Position numbers and translations under genes: made by a program. DNA of 64,000 nt from Eledone cirrhosa (lineage: Eukaryota), in assembly GCA_964016885.1 (NCBI GenBank), contig OZ024740.1:294872001-294936000 (forward strand), read 5' to 3'. Below the pieces are notes generated by a model. It had not been told where the DNA came from, made no database searches, and saw only the letters and a list, made by a program, of their open reading frames with translations. Shown one piece after another: positions 60,717 through 64,000 of this stretch. Numbering within the stretch: the stretch's first letter is position 1; each line of letters opens with the position of its first letter.

Positions 60717-61093
60717 GTATATGTATGTGTATATGTGTATGCGTGCAAATTATATGTGTATATATGTGTGTGTGTGTAAGTATGCTTTTGGGTTTTTTTG
60801 TGTGTGTTTGCATGTGTAGTTTTATTTTATTTTATTTTTCCTTTCCTTCTCCCTTTTCCAGCCTCACTTTCATATAGATTGCATTTTCGTTTTTAGAATC
60901 CATATTCAATAAACAAACCAGGATTTTTCATTCTGAGGATTGAAAGCAAAACCTTTTGCTTTTAAGAAACCACTGGTAAATGGAATAATTGCCTTATGTT
61001 GTTTATTACATAATAATAATAATTAAGCTCTGTTGCTTACATAGAGCACTCTTTTTTCCTGGACTTTTCCGATGGAATTACTTCATTCATACA
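54436..61093 (+). mobile_element. Young Naiad-type PLE (family B), 5'-truncated, with a 2.9-kb inverted pseudo-LTR
   Basis: 54436-57366 is the reverse complement of 58094-61020; about 73-nt unpaired 3' tail; TSD TATTTCTCTAAATAT at 54423-54437 and 61094-61108. Confidence 0.93.
57368..59026 (+). CDS. PLE RT + GIY-YIG ORF (5'-truncated, otherwise open)
   Basis: [70 protein letters not shown]. Confidence 0.9.
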   Translation, partial: SSLQIDNRIESLAKRKAYITLKDHKLDFTNRPSCRLINPAKSEVGLASKKILRKIIIQIRTNTVLSQWLNTSAVISWFNNIQGKNKCRFTQFDIVDFYPSITVSLLTKALDFARPFINISKLEEDIIFHARKTLLFTNDKIWVKKSNPENSFDVAMGSYDSADVCDLVGLFLLHTLKEKFPSHNIGLYRDDGLAVSHTTNGHNLDKFRKDLISTFANLNLKITIDTNLTNANFLDINLDLLTASFKPYHKPNENLRYIHKESCHPPIVFKNLIPNISRRISTLSSSIDIFNKAAPYYNKALKNSGFTENISYLPIPPPKTNHNNRKRKIIWFTPPFSLNVKTNVGRKFLELLDKHFPPIHRYYKIFNRNVVKISYSCCPSMKSKITSSNRTRINPGCSCRKPDECPLQGKCKTKSVVYEAKITPVINNQPARSERYVGMTQDRFKTRFYSHVASFKHSDKRTSTALASKVWDLKDSNIPYSIDWSILDHSREYQRGTKNCSLCTTEKYRILLNLRDTSACLNSKTEIFRCCPHLKSHLICNWIDTPTINQPP

Positions 61094-61173
61094 TATTTCT
61101 CTAAATATATTATTCCATTATGTGTTCATGTTTCTTAAGAGAAAGCTAATGTAGTTTTAGAGCAGGAACAGCG

Positions 61174-61900
61174 ACAACAGATATGATATTTACTGTGCGT
61201 CAATAACAACAGATATGATATTAACTGTGCGTCAATAACAACAGATATGATATTTACTGTGCGTCAATAACAGATATGATATTTACTGTGCGTCAATAAC
61301 AACAGATATGATATTTACTGTGCGTCAATAACAACAGATATGATATTTACTGTGCGTCAATAACAACTGATATGATATTTACTGTGCGTCAATAACAACA
61401 GATATGATATTTACTGTGCGTCAATAACAACAGATATGATATTTACTGTGCGTCAATAACAACAGATATGATATTTACTGTGCGTCAATAACAACAGATA
61501 TGATATTTACTGTGCGTCAATAACAACAGATATGATATTTACTGTGCGTCAATAACAACTGATATGATATTTACTGTGCGTCAATAACAACAGATATGAT
61601 ATTTACTGTGCGTCAATAACAACAGATATGATATTTACTGTGCGTCAATAACAGATATGATATTTACTGTGCGTCAATAACAACAGATATGATATTTACT
61701 GTGCGTCAATAACAACAGATATGATATTTACTGTGCGTCAATAACAGATATGATATTTACTGTGCGTCAATAACAACAGATATGATATTTACTGTGCGTC
61801 AATAACAACAGATATGATATTTACTGTGCGTCAATAACAACAGATATGATATTTACTGTGCGTCAATAACAACAGATATGATTTTTACTGTGCGTCAATA
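61174..61900 (+). repeat. Minisatellite, 23 units (20 x 32 bp + 3 x 29 bp)
   Basis: ACAACAGATATGATATTTACTGTGCGTCAATA; no spacers. Confidence 0.95.
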
Positions 61901-62822
61901 ACAAAAGAAATGTATTGAAAAGTGAGCTGATTGTCATTAAGTGTTTATCGATCATATGAAGGTTTTTAACATAGCTAAGCGGTAGACACACCCAACTGTA
62001 TTAAAAAATGGGGACTGTCAACCCATATTTATTGACATTTTGAAATAGTTCCATAATGCTGTAAACATAGTTATGAGGAGGAACCCCACGAGGTTGGGTG
62101 GAAGAGAGGATGACAGCGGGTGTCACTGGCCATCATCCAGGGGAATGTTTTTGTCGTCTTGTCCGCAGGGCGCAGCACTTCTGCCCTCTTGCCCTAGGCC
62201 CAAAGCCAAATCACTCTCCCCCTTCACCCTCCCCTCTCTTCTGCAACACCATAGTTCTTGCCATCCCCTCTTCCCGTTCTTTTTCTTCTTTCTCTCTCTT
62301 TTTTCTCTATATTCCCCTATTCTTTCTGTCCTTTTGCCTCCCCCTTTTATTATTGCCGTCATTATAGATCGGTAGAAGGTCGGACACCATGGTTTGCAGC
62401 ATAGAGTTACGGCCCTTTATGATCTGAGTTCAAATCCCGCTGAGGTTAACTTTGCCTTTTATCCTTACGGGAGTAAGTACCAGTCACGCACTGGGGGTCG
62501 ATTTAATCGACCCCCTCCAAAAAAAAAAAGAAAAAAATTGCTGGCCTTGTGCCTATATAAGAAATCATTATTGTTATTGTAAATATCATGTTTATATTGC
62601 ATAAATAACATTACAATCTTTTTAAACACAATAAATACAATTATGTATAATGACTAGTATCAGAGGTAAACTATCTCAGCTTAAAATGTCCAAGACACGC
62701 CGTGTGTCAAGACGATGCCATCATGACTCCACCAGGAATTAACGGTTCTTTATCTTTTGTATAAAACTCCAAATTTGTTGATATTATTGTTTCATGAAAC
62801 TTTATTTGCTTTTTCATTACAG

Positions 62823-62960
62823 AATGGTTCTTTGTTTGTCGAGTATTCGCCATGTTTGCAGCTGGACTTTGCATAGTAGCCACATTCCTACAACTTGTCT
62901 ATTTCTGTTGTCCAAGACGAATGATCAGAGCCCAATCTATGTATATACTTGGGTGTGCAG
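62823..62960 (+). CDS. Claudin/PMP22-like protein, second coding exon
   Basis: TTACAG acceptor, phase 1, reads EWFFVCRVFAMFAAGLCIVATFLQLVYFCCPRRMIRAQSMYILGCA; donor CAG|GTAACT. Confidence 0.75.
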
Positions 62961-63299
62961 GTAACTATAAATATTCTTTATCCACATGAAAGAAGATTAG
63001 AATACTAATTTAAGATTTATAATATTGTGACCTTTCTTACAGGACGTTCGCTAACTAATTAATCTCATTTTGCTAAATTTAGTAAATATATAAGAAACAT
63101 ATATCAAGCGAATTAGCAGAGTTGTTAGAGCATCGGATAGAATGCTTTGCGCTATTCATTTCGGTTCTCTGTGCTCTGAATTAAAATTTTGCCGAGGTCA
63201 ACTTTGCCATTAATCCTTCCACACTCGATTAAAAAGCATCAATCCGGGATCGGACTCGATTCTTCCCCTATATCTCTTTCTTGCTTCCTCTCTAATATT

Positions 63300-63500
63300 T
63301 TCTCACCTTCCCTTGAAGAATTTGACAGTGCTCAGACTTGGAAGGAAGATGGGCTCCACCAGGTTTAAAGTGCCCAAGAAACGTCGTATGTCACTACGTG
63401 TTTCTACGTCGCCACCAGGAAGTACAGATTCATACATGTATGTATGAACCTGTAACTCATGATAGAGTCTTAGGGGTATTTTAAACCTGACGGTGCTCAT
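63300..63500 (-). mobile_element. Possible Ty3/gypsy RT remnant
   Basis: ETRSDIRRFLGTLN...FLPSLS resembles the gypsy RT C-terminal motif; short and degenerate. Confidence 0.35.
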
Positions 63501-64000
63501 CCCCTTTCTAAGTTTGAACACAGTAATTTCTTCTTCTTCTTCTTCGTCGTCGTCTTCTTCTTCTTCTTCTTCTTCTTCGAGAGAGAGAGGACTCACTACT
63601 AGACTGGTACTTTTTTTTTTACCGAATTCGAAATAATTAAAGGCAAATTTGACCTCGGCAGGATTTGAACTCTGAGAGATCAGAGAACTGAAACGAGTAT
63701 CGCAAAGCATTTTATACGATTCTCTAATCACCCTGCCAATTCCCCGCCTATAATTCTAATGTATGCATCATGGCAATAGTGTAAAATATATTTATTGAAA
63801 TTTGAAAAATGTCAATATAAATTACTTCTTATAATATCAAATATCTACCATCCACACCTTATTATATACAAAATACAAACATATAAACTTAACCCCATGC
63901 TCCAAAGTCAATTCTTTTTTTTTATACAATGTTGTGACTCTAATTAAAATACCTTACGTATGTTCCCTTATGTTCTCAGTTGAATTACCACCAGAGTTGA

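Noticed and set aside
61174-61900. CRISPR-like 32-bp repeats
   Set aside because: No unique spacers, eukaryotic context, and the unit derives from LINE RT sequence

Overview
AT-rich, microsatellite-dense animal genomic DNA. The SINE, RTE and Penelope-like repertoire suggests an octopus or other coleoid cephalopod (inference). Host genes: two PIGV coding exons (15132-16295, 19200-19451) and two exons of a claudin/PMP22-like gene (47065-47293, 62823-62960). Mobile DNA: several RTE-clade LINEs (one near intact), tRNA-derived SINEs, non-autonomous Helitrons, CRE-like fragments and four Naiad-type Penelope-like element (PLE) insertions, each with a 5' inversion. One PLE forms a 2.9-kb inverted repeat with a 15-bp target-site duplication. 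The main signal lies outside the ORF track. A tandem array of about 11.9 apparently identical 310-bp units (27874-31550) carries a complete type I hammerhead ribozyme (HHR) in each unit, consistent with a retrozyme copied from a circular RNA. About ten other unrelated HHR-bearing sequence contexts occur in the window, including a U3-A8 core covariant, a perfect palindrome with HHRs in both polarities, and a helix-II-less variant in a PLE 3' end. Together these suggest autonomous Naiad PLEs with a diverse set of ribozyme-bearing non-autonomous passengers. All structures were read by eye and none was computed or assayed.
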